Positions 14,155 through 28,255 of a stretch of 64,000 nt of DNA are shown piece by piece. The notes beneath the pieces are model-generated. The model saw nothing but the letters and a program-made list of their open reading frames with translations. It had not been told where the DNA came from and made no database searches. The position numbers and the translations under genes were made by a program. Numbering within the stretch: the stretch's first letter is position 1; every line of letters begins with the position of its first letter. This stretch comes from the human T2T-CHM13v2.0 reference genome, Homo sapiens. The stretch spans positions 29,152,001 to 29,216,000 of the forward strand of contig CP086569.2 in NCBI GenBank assembly GCA_009914755.4. Direction: 5' to 3'.

Positions 14155-17100
14155 TTGTTTCCATTCTCTTCGATTCCATTTCTTTATATTCCATGCCATT
14201 CGATTCCATTTTATTGGATTGCATTACATTCGTGTTCATTCCATTCCAGACCATTCCATTTGACTCCATTCTTTTCGAGCCCTTTCAATTTGAGTCCATT
14301 CCTTTCCAGTCCATTTCACTCCAGTCCATTACTATCCATTCCATACCATTCCATCCCATTCCATCCCATTCCATTCCATTCCATTCCATTCCATTCCATT
14401 GCACTGCACTCCATTCCATTACATTCTACTCTATCTGAGTCGATTTTATTGCATTAGATTCTATTCCATTGGATTACTTTCCATTCGATTACATTCCATT
14501 CATGTACATTCCATTCCAGTCAATTACATTCGAGTTCATTACATTACATTCCAGTATATTCCATTCTATTCGATCCCATTCCTTTCAATTCCATTTCATT
14601 CGACTCCATTATATTCGATTCCATTCCACTCGAATCCATTCCATTAGAGGACATTCCATTCCAATGCACTCCATTCCATTCCATAGCATTCCATTGCATT
14701 CGATTCCATTCCATTTGATGCCATTCCATTTGATGCCATTCCATGACATTCCATTCCATTCGAGTCCATTCCGTTCCAATTCATTCCATTCCGTTTCATG
14801 AAATTCGAGTCCTTTCCAGTACATTTCATTCCAATCCCATCCAATCCAATCTACTCCATTCAATTCCTTTCCATTCCATTTGATTTGATTCCATTCAGTT
14901 TGATTCCATTCCGTGAAATTTCGTTCCATTGTATTCCATTGCATTACTTTCCATTCAATTCCATTCCATTTCATTTCAGTCCATTCGCTTCCTTTCCTTT
15001 TGATTCAATTCCATTTGATTCCACTCCATTCTATGCGATTTCATTCCAATCGATTCAATTCCATTCGATGACATTCCTTTCGTTTCCATTCCATTCGAGT
15101 CCATTCAATTTGAACATTCGTGTCCATTCTATTCGAGTCCATTCCATTACCGTCTATTCTATTCCCTTCCATTCCTGTTGATTCAATTTCATTCCCTTCC
15201 ATTCGATTCCTTTCCATTCGATTCCATTCCTTTCCATTCCATTCCATTCGTTCCCATTCCATGTGATTTCATTCCATTCCAGTCCATTATATTCGAGTCC
15301 ACTCCACTCCATTCTATTACATTCAATTCCTTTTGAGTCCGTTCCATAACACTCCATTCATTTCGATTCCATTTCTTGCCAGTTTTCTTCCATTTTATTC
15401 CATTCCGTTTGATTCCATTCCATTCGATTGCATTCCATTCGAATCCTTTCCATTCCATTTCATTCCATTCCTTTCTATTCCATTCCATTTCATTCGATTT
15501 GATTCCATTCTGTTCTATTCCATTCAATTCTTTTTCATTCCATTCGAATCCTTTCTATTGCAGTCCATTCCATTCGAGTCCATTCCAATCCCTTCCATTC
15601 CATTCCATTACAGTCCATTCCAATAGATTCCATTCCTTTGCCTTCCATTCGAATCCATTCCATTCTAGTCCATTCCATTTGAGTCAATTCCATTCCATTC
15701 CATTCTATTCCTTTCCAAACCATTCGATTCCATTCGATTCAATTCCATTTGATTCTCTTTCATTCTATTTTATTCCATGCCATTTGATTGCATTGCATTC
15801 CATTCCGTTTGATTCCAGTCCATTCAAGAAAGTTCCATTCCAGTCCATTGCTTTCCAGTCCATTCCATTCCACTCTAGTCTATTCCACTCCATTCCTTTC
15901 CATTCCATTCCATACTATTCCATTCCATTCCTTTGCATTCCGTTTCCAATCTATTCGAGTCCATTGCATTCCAGTCCAATCCATTCGATTACATTCCTTT
16001 TGATTCCCTGCCAGTCGATTGCATTGCATACTAGACCATTCCAAAGGAGTCCATTCCATTCTATCTCAACACTTTCCATTCCACTCTGTTCGAGTCCATT
16101 CCATTCCAGTCCATTTAATTCAAGGGCATTCCATTCCATTCCATTCCATTTCATATTATTCCATTCCATTCAATTCCATTCCAGATGATTCCATTCCATT
16201 CTATACCATTGCTCTCTGTTCCATTCCATTCCATCTGTCTCCATTCCTTTCGTTTCGATTCCTTTCCATTCCATTCCATTCCATTTCATCCTATTTTATT
16301 AAATTGCATTCTATTCGAGTGATTTCCATTCGAGTCCTTTCCATTCGATTCCATTCCATTCTATTCCATTCCTTTGGATTCCATTCCATTCCGTCCATTC
16401 ACATCCATTCCTTGCGATTCCATTACATTCGATTTCTTGCCATTCGATTCCATTCCTTTTGACTCCATTTCATTCGATTCCATTCCATTCCATTAATTTC
16501 CATTCCATTCGAGACCTTTCCATTGCAGTCTTTTCCCTTCGAGTCCATTCCGTTCGATTCCCTTCCATTCGATTCCATTCCATTGGAGTCCGTACCAGTC
16601 GAGTCCATTCTATTCCAGTCCATTAGTTTCGACTCCATTGCATTCGAGTGCATTCCATTCCGTGGCTGTCCATTCCATTCCGTTTCATGCCATTCCATAC
16701 GATTCCATTCAATTCGAGACCATTCTATTCCTGTCCATTCCTTGTGGTTCCATTCCATTTCACTCTAGGCCATTCCATTCCATTCAATTCCATTCGACTC
16801 TATTCCGTTCCATTCAATACTATTCCATTCGATTCCATTTTTTTCGAGAACCTTCCATTACACTCCCTTCCATTCCAGTGCATTCCATTCCAGTCTCTTC
16901 AGTTCGATTCCATTCCATTCGTTTCGATTCCTTTCCATTCCAGCCCATTCCATTCCATTCCATTCCTTTCCTTTCCGTTTCATTAGATTCCATTCAACTC
17001 AATTCCGTGCTATTCAATTTGATTCATTTCCATTTAATTCCATTCCATTAGATTCCATTCCGTTCGATTCCATTCCTTTCGAATCCATTCCATTGGAGTC

Positions 17101-17658
17101 CAATCAATTCCAGAACATTCCATTCCAGTCGAATCCATTCGAGTACATTCCATTAAAGTTCATTACATTCTAATACATTCCATTCCATTGCATTCCATTC
17201 CATTCCATTCGATGCCATTCGATTCCATTCCATGCCAAATCATTGCATTCCTTTCCATTCCGTTCCTATCAATTCCATTCCATTCGATTTAGTTCAATTC
17301 TATTCACTTCCATTCCATTCGATTCCATTCCATTGGAGTCAATTCCTTTCGACACCCAGCCTTTCCAGTCAATGTTTTTGGATTCCATTTTTTTGCATTC
17401 CATTACATTCTATGACATTCGATTCCGTTTCATTGCATTCCATTCCATACATTTTTATTCCATTCGAGACCGTAGCATTCCACTTTATTCCAGGCCTGTC
17501 CATTACACTACTTTCCCTTCCATTCCAATGAATTCCATTCCATTCCAATCCATTCCTTTCCTTTCGCTTGCATTCCATTCTATTCTCTTCTACTGCATAC
17601 AATTTCACTCCATTCGTTCCCATTCCATTCAATTCCATTCCATTCAATTCCATTCCAT
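14155..17658. repeat. DYZ1/HSat3 HOR unit U5 (3504 bp)
   Basis: Marker at 14155 and 17659. Last unit of the sub-family that lacks the 'agattccattgattt' insertion. Has a private GGCC at ~16747 ('ctctaggccattcc'). Confidence 0.75.
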
Positions 17659-20600
17659 TTGTTTCCATTCTCTTCGATTCCATTTCATTATATTCCATGC
17701 CATTCGATTCCTTTCTATTGGATTGCATTACATTCGTGTTCATTCCATTCCAGACCATTCCATTTCACTCCATTCCTTTCGAGCCCTTTCAATTTGAGTC
17801 CATTCCTTTCCAGTCCATTTCACTCCAGTCCATTACTATCCATTCCATACCATTCCATCCCATTCCATTCCATTCCATTACATTACATTCCATTGCATTC
17901 CATTTCATTCCATTCCATTGCACTGCACTCCATTCCATTACATTCCACACTATCTGAGTCGATTTTATTGCATTAGATTCTATTCCATTGGATTACTTTC
18001 CATTCGATTATATTCCATTCATGTACATTCCATTCCAGTCAATTACATTCGAGTTCATTACATTACATTCCAGTATATTCCATTCTATTCGATCCCATTC
18101 CTTTCAATTCCATTTCATTCGACTCCATTATTTTCGATTCCATTCCACTCGAATCCATTCCATTAGAGGACATTCCATTCCAAAGCATTCCATTCCATTC
18201 CATAGCATTCCATTGCATTCGATTCCATTCCATTTGATACCATTCCATGACATTCCATTCCATTCGAGTCCATTCCGTTCCAATTCATTCCATTCCGTTT
18301 CATGAAATTCGAGTCCTTTCCAGTACATTTCATTCCAATCCCATCCAATCCCATCTACTCCATTCAATTCCTTTCCATTCCATTTGATTAGATTCCATTG
18401 ATTTGATTCCATTCAGTTTGATTCCATTCCGTGAAATTTCGTTCCATTCTATTCCATTGCATTACTTTCCATTCAATTCCATTCCATTTCATTTCAGTCC
18501 ATTCGCTTCCTTTCCTTTCGATTCAATTCCATTTGATTCCACTCCATTCTATGCGATTTCATTCCAATCGATTCAATTCCATTCGATGACATTCCTTTCG
18601 TTTCCATTCCATTCGAGTCCATTCAATTTGAGCATTCGTGTCCATTCTATTCGAGTCCATTCCATTACCGTCTATTCTATTCCCTTCCATTCCTGTTGAT
18701 TCAATTTCATTCCCTTCCATTCGATTCCTTTCCATTCGATTCCATTCCTTTCCATTCCATTCCATTCGTTCCCATTCCATGTGATTTCATTCCATTCCAG
18801 TCCATTATATTCGAGTCCACTCCACTCCATTCTATTACATTCAATTCCTTTTGAGTCCGTTCCATAACACTCCATTCATTTCGATTCCATTTCTTGCCAG
18901 TTTTCTTCCATTTTATTCCATTCCTTTCGATTCCATTCCATTCGATTGCATTCCATTCGAATCCTTTCCATTCCATTTCATTCCATTCCTTTCTATTCCA
19001 TTCCATTTCATTCGACTTGATTCCATTCTGTTCTATTCCATTCAATTCTTTTTCATTCCATTCGAATCCTTTCTATTGCAGTCCATTCCATTCGAGTCCA
19101 TTCCAATCCCTTCCATTCCATTCCATTACAGTCCATTCCAATAGATTCCATTCCTTTGCCTTCCATTCGAATCCATTCCATTCTAGTCCATTCCATTTGA
19201 GTCAATTCCATTCCATTCCATTCTATTCCTTTCCAATCCATTCGATTCCATTCGATTCAATTCCATTTGATTCCCTTTCATTCTATTTTATTCCATGCCA
19301 TTTGATTGCATTGCATTCCATTCCGTTTGATTCCAGTCCATTCAAGAAAGTTCCATTCCAGTCCATTGCTTTCCAGTCCATTCCATTCCACTCTAGTCTA
19401 TTCCACTCCATTCCTTTCCATTCCATTCCATACTATTGCATTCCATTCCTTTGCATTCCGTTTCCAATCTATTCGAGTCCATTGCATTCCAGTCCAATCC
19501 ATTCGATTACATTCCTTTTGATTCCCTGCCAGTCGATTGCATTGCATACTACACCATTCCAAAGGAGTCCATTCCATTCTATTTCAACACTTTCCATTCC
19601 ACTCTGTTCGAGTCCATTCCATTCCAGTCCATTTAATTCAAGGGCATTCCATTCCATTCCATTCCATTTCATATTATTCCATTCCATTCAATTCCATTCC
19701 AGATGATTCCATTCCATTCTATACCATTGCTCTCTGTTCCATTCCATTCCATCTGTCTCCATTCCTTTCGTTTCGATTCCTTTCCATTCCATTCCATTAC
19801 ATTTGATCCTATTTTATTAAATTGCATTCTATTCGAGTGATTTCCATTCGAGTCCTTTCCATTCGATTCCATTCCATTCTATTCCATTCCTTTGGATTCC
19901 ATTCCATTTCGTTCCGTTCACATCAATTCCTTGCGATTCCATTACATTCGATTTCTTGCCATTCGATTCCATTCCTTTTGACTCCATTTCATTCGATTCC
20001 ATTCCATTCCATTAACTTCCATTCCATTCGAGAGCTTTCCATTGCAGTCTTTTCCCTTCGAGTCCATTCCGTTCGATTCCCTTCCATTCGATTCCATTCC
20101 ATTGGAGTCCGTACCAGTCGAGTCCATTCTATTCCAGTCCATTAGTTTCGACTCCATTGCATTCGAGTGCATTCCATTCCGTGGCTGTCCATTCCATTCC
20201 GTTTGATGCCATTCCATACGATTCCATTCAATTCGAGACCATTCTATTCCTGTCCATTCCTTGTGGTTCCATTCCATTTCACTCTAGTCCATTCCATTCC
20301 ATTCAATTCCATTCGACTCTATTCCGTTCCATTCAATTCCATTCCATTCGATTCCATTTTTTTCGAGAACCTTCCATTACACTCCCTTCCATTCCAGTGC
20401 ATTCCATTCCAGTCTCTTCAGTTCGATTCCATTCCATTCGTTTCGATTCCTTTCCATTCCAGCCCATTCCATTCCATTCCATTCCTTTCCTTTCCGTTTC
20501 ATTAGATTCCATTGCATTCGATTCCATTCAATTCAATTCCGTGCTATTCAATTTGATTCATTTCCATTTAATTCCATTCCATTAGATTCCATTCCGTTCG

Positions 20601-21177
20601 ATTCCATTCCTTTCGAATCCATTCCATTGGAGTCCATTCACTTCCAGAACATTCCATTCCAGTCGAATCCATTCGAGTACATTCCATTAAAGTTCATTAC
20701 ATTCTAATACATTCCATTCCGTTGCATTCCATTCCATTCCATTCGATGCCATTCGATTCCATTCCATGCCAAATCATTGCATTCCTTTCCATTCCGTTCC
20801 TATCAATTCCATTCCATTCGATTTAGTTCGATTCTATTCACTTCCATTCCATTCGATTCCATTCCATTGGAGTCAATTCCTTTCGACACCCAGCCTTTCC
20901 AGTCAATGATTTTGGATTCCATTTTTTTGCATTCCATTACATTCTATGACATTAGATTCCGTTTCATTGCATTCCATTCCATACATTTTTATTCCATTCG
21001 AGACCGTAGCATTCCACTTTATTCCAGGCCTGTCCATTACACTACATTCCCTTCCATTCCAATGAATTCCATTCCATTCCAATCCATTCCTTTCCTTTCG
21101 CTTGCATTCCATTCTATTCTCTTCTACTGCATACAATTTCACTCCATTCGTTCCCATTCCATTCAATTCCATTCCAT
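17659..21177. repeat. DYZ1/HSat3 HOR unit U6 (~3519 bp)
   Basis: Marker at 17659. First unit with 'ttgattagattccattgatttgattcc' (~18376-18410), a 15-bp insertion relative to U1-U5 that persists in all later units. Confidence 0.7.
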
Positions 21178-24100
21178 TCAATTCCATTCTCTTCGATTCC
21201 ATTTCTTTATATTCCATGCCATTCGATTCCATTCTATTGGATTGCATTACATTCGTGTTCATTCCATTCCAGACCATTCCATTTGACTCCATTCCTTTCG
21301 AGCCCTTTCAATTTGAGTACATTCCTTTCCAGTCCATTTCACTCCAGTCCATTACTATCCATTCCATACCATTCCATCCCATTCCATTCCATTCCATTCC
21401 ATTCCATTCCATTGAATTCCATTCCATTCCATTCCATTGCACTGCACTCCATTCCATTACATTCTACTCTATCTGAGTCGATTTTATTGCATTAGATTCT
21501 ATTCCATTGGATTACTTTCCATTCGATTACATTCCATTCATGTACTTTCCATTCCAGTCAATTACATTCGAGTTCATTACATTACATTCCAGTATATTCC
21601 ATTCTATTCGATCCCATTCCTTTCAATTCCATTTCATTCGACTCCATTATATTCGATTCCATTCCACTCGAATCCATTCCATTAGAGGACATTCCATTCC
21701 AATGCATTCCATTCCATTCCATAGCATTCCATTGCATTCGATTCCATTCCATTTGATGCCATTCCATTTGATGCCATTCCATGACATTCCATTCCATTCG
21801 AGTCCATTCCGTTCCAATTCATTCCATTCCGTTTCATGAAATTCGAGTCCTTTCCAGTACATTTCATTCCAATCCCATCCAATCCAATCTACTCCATTCA
21901 ATTCCTTTCCATTCCATTTGATTACATTCCATTGATTTGATTCCATTCAGTTTGATTCCATTCCGTGAAATTTCGTTCCATTCTATTCCATTGCATTACT
22001 TTCCATTCCATTCCATTCCATTTCATTTCAGTCCATTCGCTTCCTTTCCTTTCGATTCAATTCCATTTGATTCCACTCCATTCTATGCGATTTCATTCCA
22101 ATCGATTCAATTCCATTCGATGACATTCCTTTCGTTTCCATTCCATTCGAGTCCATTCAATTTGAGCATTCGTGTCCATTCTATTCGAGTCCATTCCATT
22201 ACCGTCTATTCTATTCCCTTCCATTCCTGTTGATTCAATTTCATTCCCTTCCATTCGATTCCTTTCCATTCGATTCCATTCCTTTCCATTCCATTCCATT
22301 CGTTCCCATTCCATGTGATTTCATTCCATTCCAGTCCATTATATTCGAGTCCACTCCACTCCATTCTATTACATTCAATTCCTTTTGAGTCCGTTCCATA
22401 ACACTCCATTCATTTCGATTCCATTTCTTGCCAGTTTTCTTCCATTTTATTCCATTCCGTTCGATTCCATTCCATTCGATTGCATTCCATTCGAATCCTT
22501 TCCATTCCATTTCATTCCATTCCTTTCTATTCCATTCCATTTCATTCGATTTGATTCCATTCTGTTCTATTCCATTCAATTCTTTTTCATTCCATTCGAA
22601 TCCTTTCTATTGCAGTCCATTCCATTCGAGTCCATTCCAATCCCTTCCATTCCATTCCATTACAGTCCATTCCAATAGATTCCATTCCATTCCATTCTAT
22701 TCGGGTTAATTCCATTCCATTCCATTCCATTCCATTCCATTCTATTCCTTTCCAATCCATTCGATTCCATTCGATTCAATTCCATTTGATTCTCTTTCAT
22801 TCTATTTTATTCCATGCCATTTGATTGCATTGCATTCCATTCCGTTTGATTCCAGTCCATTCAAGAAAGTTCCATTCCAGTCCATTGCTTTCCAGTCCAT
22901 TCCATTCCACTCTAGTCTATTCCACTCCATTCCTTTCCATTCCATTCTATACTATTCCATTCCATTCCTTTGCATTCCGTTTGCAATCTATTCGAGTCCA
23001 TTGCATTCCAGTCCAATCCATTCGATTACATTCCTTTTGATTCCCTGCCAGTCGATTGCATTGCATACTAGACCATTCCAAACGAGTCCATTCCATTCTA
23101 TCTCAACACTTTCCATTCCACTCTGTTCGAGTCCATTCCATTCCAGTCCATTTAATTCAAGGGCATTCCATTCCATTCCATTCCATTTCATATTATTCCA
23201 TTCCATTCAATTCCATTCCAGATGATTCCATTCCATTCTATACCATTGCTCTCTGTTCCATTCCATTCCATCTGTCTCCATTCCTTTCGTTTCGATTCCT
23301 TTCCATTCCATTCCATTCCATTTGATCCTATTTTATTAAATTGCATTCTATTCGAGTGATTTCCATTCGAGTCCTTTCCATTCGATTCCATTCCATTCTA
23401 TTCCATTCCTTTGGATTCCATTCCATTCCGTTCCGTTCACATCAATTCCTTGCGATTCCATTACATTCGATTTCTTGCCATTCGATTCCATTCCTTTTGA
23501 CTCCATTTCATTCGATTCCATTCCATTCCATTAACTTCCATTCCATTCGAGACCTTTCCATTGCAGTCTTTTCCCTTCGAGTCCATTCCGTTCGATTCCC
23601 TTCCATTCGATTCCATTCCATTGGAGTCCGTACCAGTCGAGTCCATTCTATTCCAGTCCATTAGTTTCGACTCCATTGCTTTCGAGTGCATTCCATTCCG
23701 TGGCTGTCCATTCCTTTCCGTTTGATGCCATTCCATACGATTCCATTCAATTCGAGACCATTCTATTCCTGTCCATTCCTTGTGGTTCGATTCCATTTCA
23801 CTCTAGTCCATTCCATTCCATTGAATTCCATTCGACTCTATTCCGTTCCATTCAATTCCATTCCATTCGATTCCATTTTTTTCGAGAACCTTCCATTACA
23901 CTCCCTTCCATTCCAGTGCATTCCATTCCAGTCTCTTCAGTTCGATTCCATTCCATTCGTTTCGATTCCTTTCCATTCCAGCCCATTCCATTCCATTCCA
24001 TTCCTTTCCTTTCCGTTTCATTAGATTCCATTGCATTCGATTCCATTCAATTCAATTCCGTGCTATTCAATTTGATTCATTTCCATTTAATTCCATTCCA

Positions 24101-24711
24101 TTAGATTCCATTCCGTTCGATTCCATTCCTTTCGAATCCATTCCATTGGAGTCCATTCACTTCCAGAACATTCCATTCCAGTCGAATCCATTCGAGTACA
24201 TTCCATTAAAGTTCATTACATTCTAATACATTCCATTCCATTGCATTCCATTCCATTCCATTCGATGCCATTCGATTCCATTCCATGCCAAATCATTGCA
24301 TTCCTTTCCATTCCGTTCCTATCAATTCCATTCCATTCGATTTAGTTCGATTCTATTCACTTCCATTCCATTCGATTCCATTCCATTGGAGTCAATTCCT
24401 TTCGACACCCAGCCTTTCCAGTCAATGATTTTGGATTCCATTTTTTTGCATTCCATTACATTCTATGACATTAGATTCCGTTTCATTGCATTCCATTCCA
24501 TACATTTTTATTCCATTCGAGACCGTAGCATTCCACTTTATTCCAGGCCTGTCCATTACACTACATTCCCTTCCATTCCAATGAATTCCATTCCATTCCA
24601 ATCCATTCCTTTCCTTTCGCTTGCATTCCATTCTATTCTCTTCTACTGCATACAATTTCACTCCATTCGTTCCCATTCCATTCAATTCCATTCCGTTCAA
24701 TTCCATTCCAT
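21178..24711. repeat. DYZ1/HSat3 HOR unit U7 (~3534 bp; variant 'type B')
   Basis: 15-bp deletion at the unit start (21181-21195 'attccattctcttcg' lacks 'cattccatttgtttc'). The segment at 22681-22740 is replaced by 'ccattccattctattcgggttaattcc'. Confidence 0.7.
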
Positions 24712-27700
24712 TTGTTTCCATTCTCTACGATTCCATTTCTTTATATTCCATGCCATTCGATTCCATTCTATTGGATTGCATTACATTCGTGTTCATTCCA
24801 TTCCAGACCATTCCATTTGACTCCATTCCTTTCGAGCCCTTTCAATTTGAGTACATTCCTTTCCAGTCCATTTCACTCCAGTCCATTACTATCCATTCCA
24901 TACCATTCCATCCCATTCCATTCCATTCCATTCCATTCCATTCCATTCCATTCCATTGCATTCCATTCCATTCCATTCCATTGCACTGCACTCCATTCCA
25001 TTACATTCTACTCTATCTGAGTCGATTTTATTGCATTAGATTCTATTCCATTGGATTACTTTCCATTCGATTACATTCCATTCATGTACTTTCCATTCCA
25101 GTCAATTACATTCGAGTTCATTACATTACATTCCAGTATATTCCATTCTATTCGATCCCATTCCTTTCAATTCCATTTCATTCGACTCCATTATATTCGG
25201 TTCCATTCCACTCGAATCCATTCCATTAGAGGACATTCCATTCCAATGCATTCCATTCCATTCCATAACATTCCATTGCATTCGATTCCATTCCATTTGA
25301 TGCCATTCCATTTGATGCCATTCCATGACATTCCATTCCATTCGAGTCCATTCCGTTCCAATTCATTCCATTCCGTTTCATGAAATTCGAGTCCTTTCCA
25401 GTACATTTCATTCCAATCCCATCCAATCCAATCTACTCCATTCAATTCCTTTCCATTCCATTTGATTAGATTCCATTGATTTGATTCCATTCAGTTTGAT
25501 TCCATTCCGTGAAATTTCGTTCCATTCTATTCCATTGCATTACTTTCCATTCAATTCCATTCCATTTCATTTCAGTCCATTCGCTTCCTTTCCTTTCGAT
25601 TCAATTCCATTTGATTCCACTCCATTCTATGCGATTTCATTCCAATCGATTCAATTCCATTCGATGACATTCCTTTCGTTTCCATTCCATTCGAGTCCAT
25701 TCAATTTGAGCATTCGTGTCCATTCTATTCGAGTCCATTCCATTACCGTCTATTCTATTCCCTTCCATTCCTGTTGATTCAATTTCATTCCCTTCCATTC
25801 GATTCCTTTCCATTCGATTCCATTCCTTTCCATTCCATTCCATTCGTTCCCATTCCATGTGATTTCATTCCATTCCAGTCCATTATATTCGAGTCCACTC
25901 CACTCCATTCTATTACATTCAATTCCTTTTGAGTCCGTTCCATAACACTCCATTCATTTCGATTCCATTTCTTGCCAGTTTTCTTCGATTTTATTCCATT
26001 CCGTTCGATTCCATTCCATTCGATTGCATTCCATTCGAATCCTTTCCATTCCATTTCATTCCATTCCTTTCTATTCCATTCCATTTCATTCGATTTGATT
26101 CCATTCTGTTCTATTCCATTCAATTCTTTTTCATTCCATTCGAATCCTTTCTATTGCAGTCCATTCCATTCGAGTCCATTCCAATCCCTTCCATTCCATT
26201 CCATTACAGTCCATTCCAATAGATTCCATTCCATTCCATTCTATTCGGGTTAATTCCATTCCATTCCATTCCATTCCATTCCATTCTATTCCTTTCCAAT
26301 CCATTCGATTCCATTCGATTCAATTCCATTTGATTCTCTTTCATTCTATTTTATTCCATGCCATTTGATTGCATTGCATTCCATTCCGTTTGATTCCAGT
26401 CCATTCAAGAATGTTCCATTCCAGTCCATTGCTTTCGAGTCCATTCCATTCCACTCTAGTCTATTCCACTCCATTCCTTTCCATTCCATTCCATACTATT
26501 CCATTCCATTCCTTTGCATTCCGTTTCCAATCTATTCGAGTCCATTGCATTCCAGTCCAATCCATTCCATTACATTCCTTTTGATTCCCTGCCAGTCGAT
26601 TGCATTGCATACTAGACCATTCCAAAGGAGTCCATTCCATTCTATCTCAACACTTTCCATTCCACTCTGTTCGAGTCCATTCCATTCCAGTCCATTTAAT
26701 TCAAGGGCATTCCATTCCATTCCATTCCATTTCATATTATTCCATTCCATTCAATTCCATTCCAGATGATTCCATTCCATTCTATACCATTGCTCTCTGT
26801 TCCATTCCATTCCATCTGTCTCCATTCCTTTCGTTTCGATTCCTTTCCATTCCATTCCATTACATTTGATCCTATTTTATTAAATTGCATTCTATTCGAG
26901 TGATTTCCATTCGAGTCCTTTCCATTCGATTCCATTCCATTCTATTCCATTCCTTTGGATTCCATTCCATTCCGTTCCGTTCACATCAATTCCTTGCGAT
27001 TCCATTACATTCGAATTCTTGCCATTCGATTCCATTCCTTTTGACACCATTTCATTCGATTCCATTCCATTCCATTAATTTCCATTCCATTCGAGACCTT
27101 TCCATTGCAGTCTTTTCCCTTCGAGTCCATTCCGTTCGATTCCCTTCCATTCGATTCCATTCCATTGGAGTCCGTACCAGTCGAGTCCATTCTATTCCAG
27201 TCCATTAGTTTCGACTCCATTGCATTCGAGTGCATTCCATTCCGTGGCTGTCCATTCCATTCCGTTTGATGCCATTCCATACGATTCCATTCAATTCGAG
27301 ACCATTCTATTCCTGTCCATTCCTTGTGGTTCCATTCCATTTCACTCTAGTCCATTCCATTCCATTCAATTCCATTCGACTCTATTCCGTTCCATTCAAT
27401 TCCATTCCATTCGATTCCATTTTTTTCGAGAACCTTCCATTACACTCCCTTCCATTCCAGTGCATTCCATTCCAGTCTCTTCAGTTCGATTCCATTCCAT
27501 TCGTTTCGATTCCTTTCCGTTCCAGCCCATTCCATTCCATTCCATTCCTTTCCTTTCCGTTTCATTAGATTCCATTGCATTCGATTCCATTCAATTCAAT
27601 TCCGTGCTATTCAATTTGTTTCATTTCCATTTAATTCCATTCCATTAGATTCCATTCCGTTCGATTCCATTCCTTTCGAATCCATTCCATTGGAGTCCAT

Positions 27701-28255
27701 TCACTTCCAGAACATTCCATTCCAGTCGAATCCATTCGAGTACATTCCATTAAAGTTCATTACATTCTAATACATTCCATTCCATTGCATTCCATTCCAT
27801 TCCATTCGATGCCATTCGATTCCATTCCATGCCAAATCATTGCATTCCTTTCCATTCCGTTCCTATCAATTCCATTCCATTCGATTTAGTTCGATTCTAT
27901 TCACTTCCATTCCATTCGATTCCATTCCATTGGAGTCAATTCCTTTCGACACCCAGCCTTTCCAGTCAATGTTTTTGGATTCCATTTTTTTGCATTCCAT
28001 TACATTCTATGACATTCGATTCCGTTTCATTGCATTCCATTCCATACAATTTTATTCCATTCGAGACCGTAGCATTCCACTTTTTTCCAGGCCTGTCCAT
28101 TACACTACATTCCCTTCCATTCCAATGAATTCCATTCCATTCCAATCCATTCCTTTCCTTTCGCTTGCATTCCATTCTATTCTCTTCTACTGCATACAAT
28201 TTCACTCCATTCGTTCCCATTCCATTCAATTCCATTCCATTCAATTCCATTCCAT
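24712..28255. repeat. DYZ1/HSat3 HOR unit U8 (3544 bp; variant 'type B')
   Basis: Marker at 24712 and 28256. The 'ctattcgggttaattcc' variant is at ~26230-26250. Confidence 0.75.
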
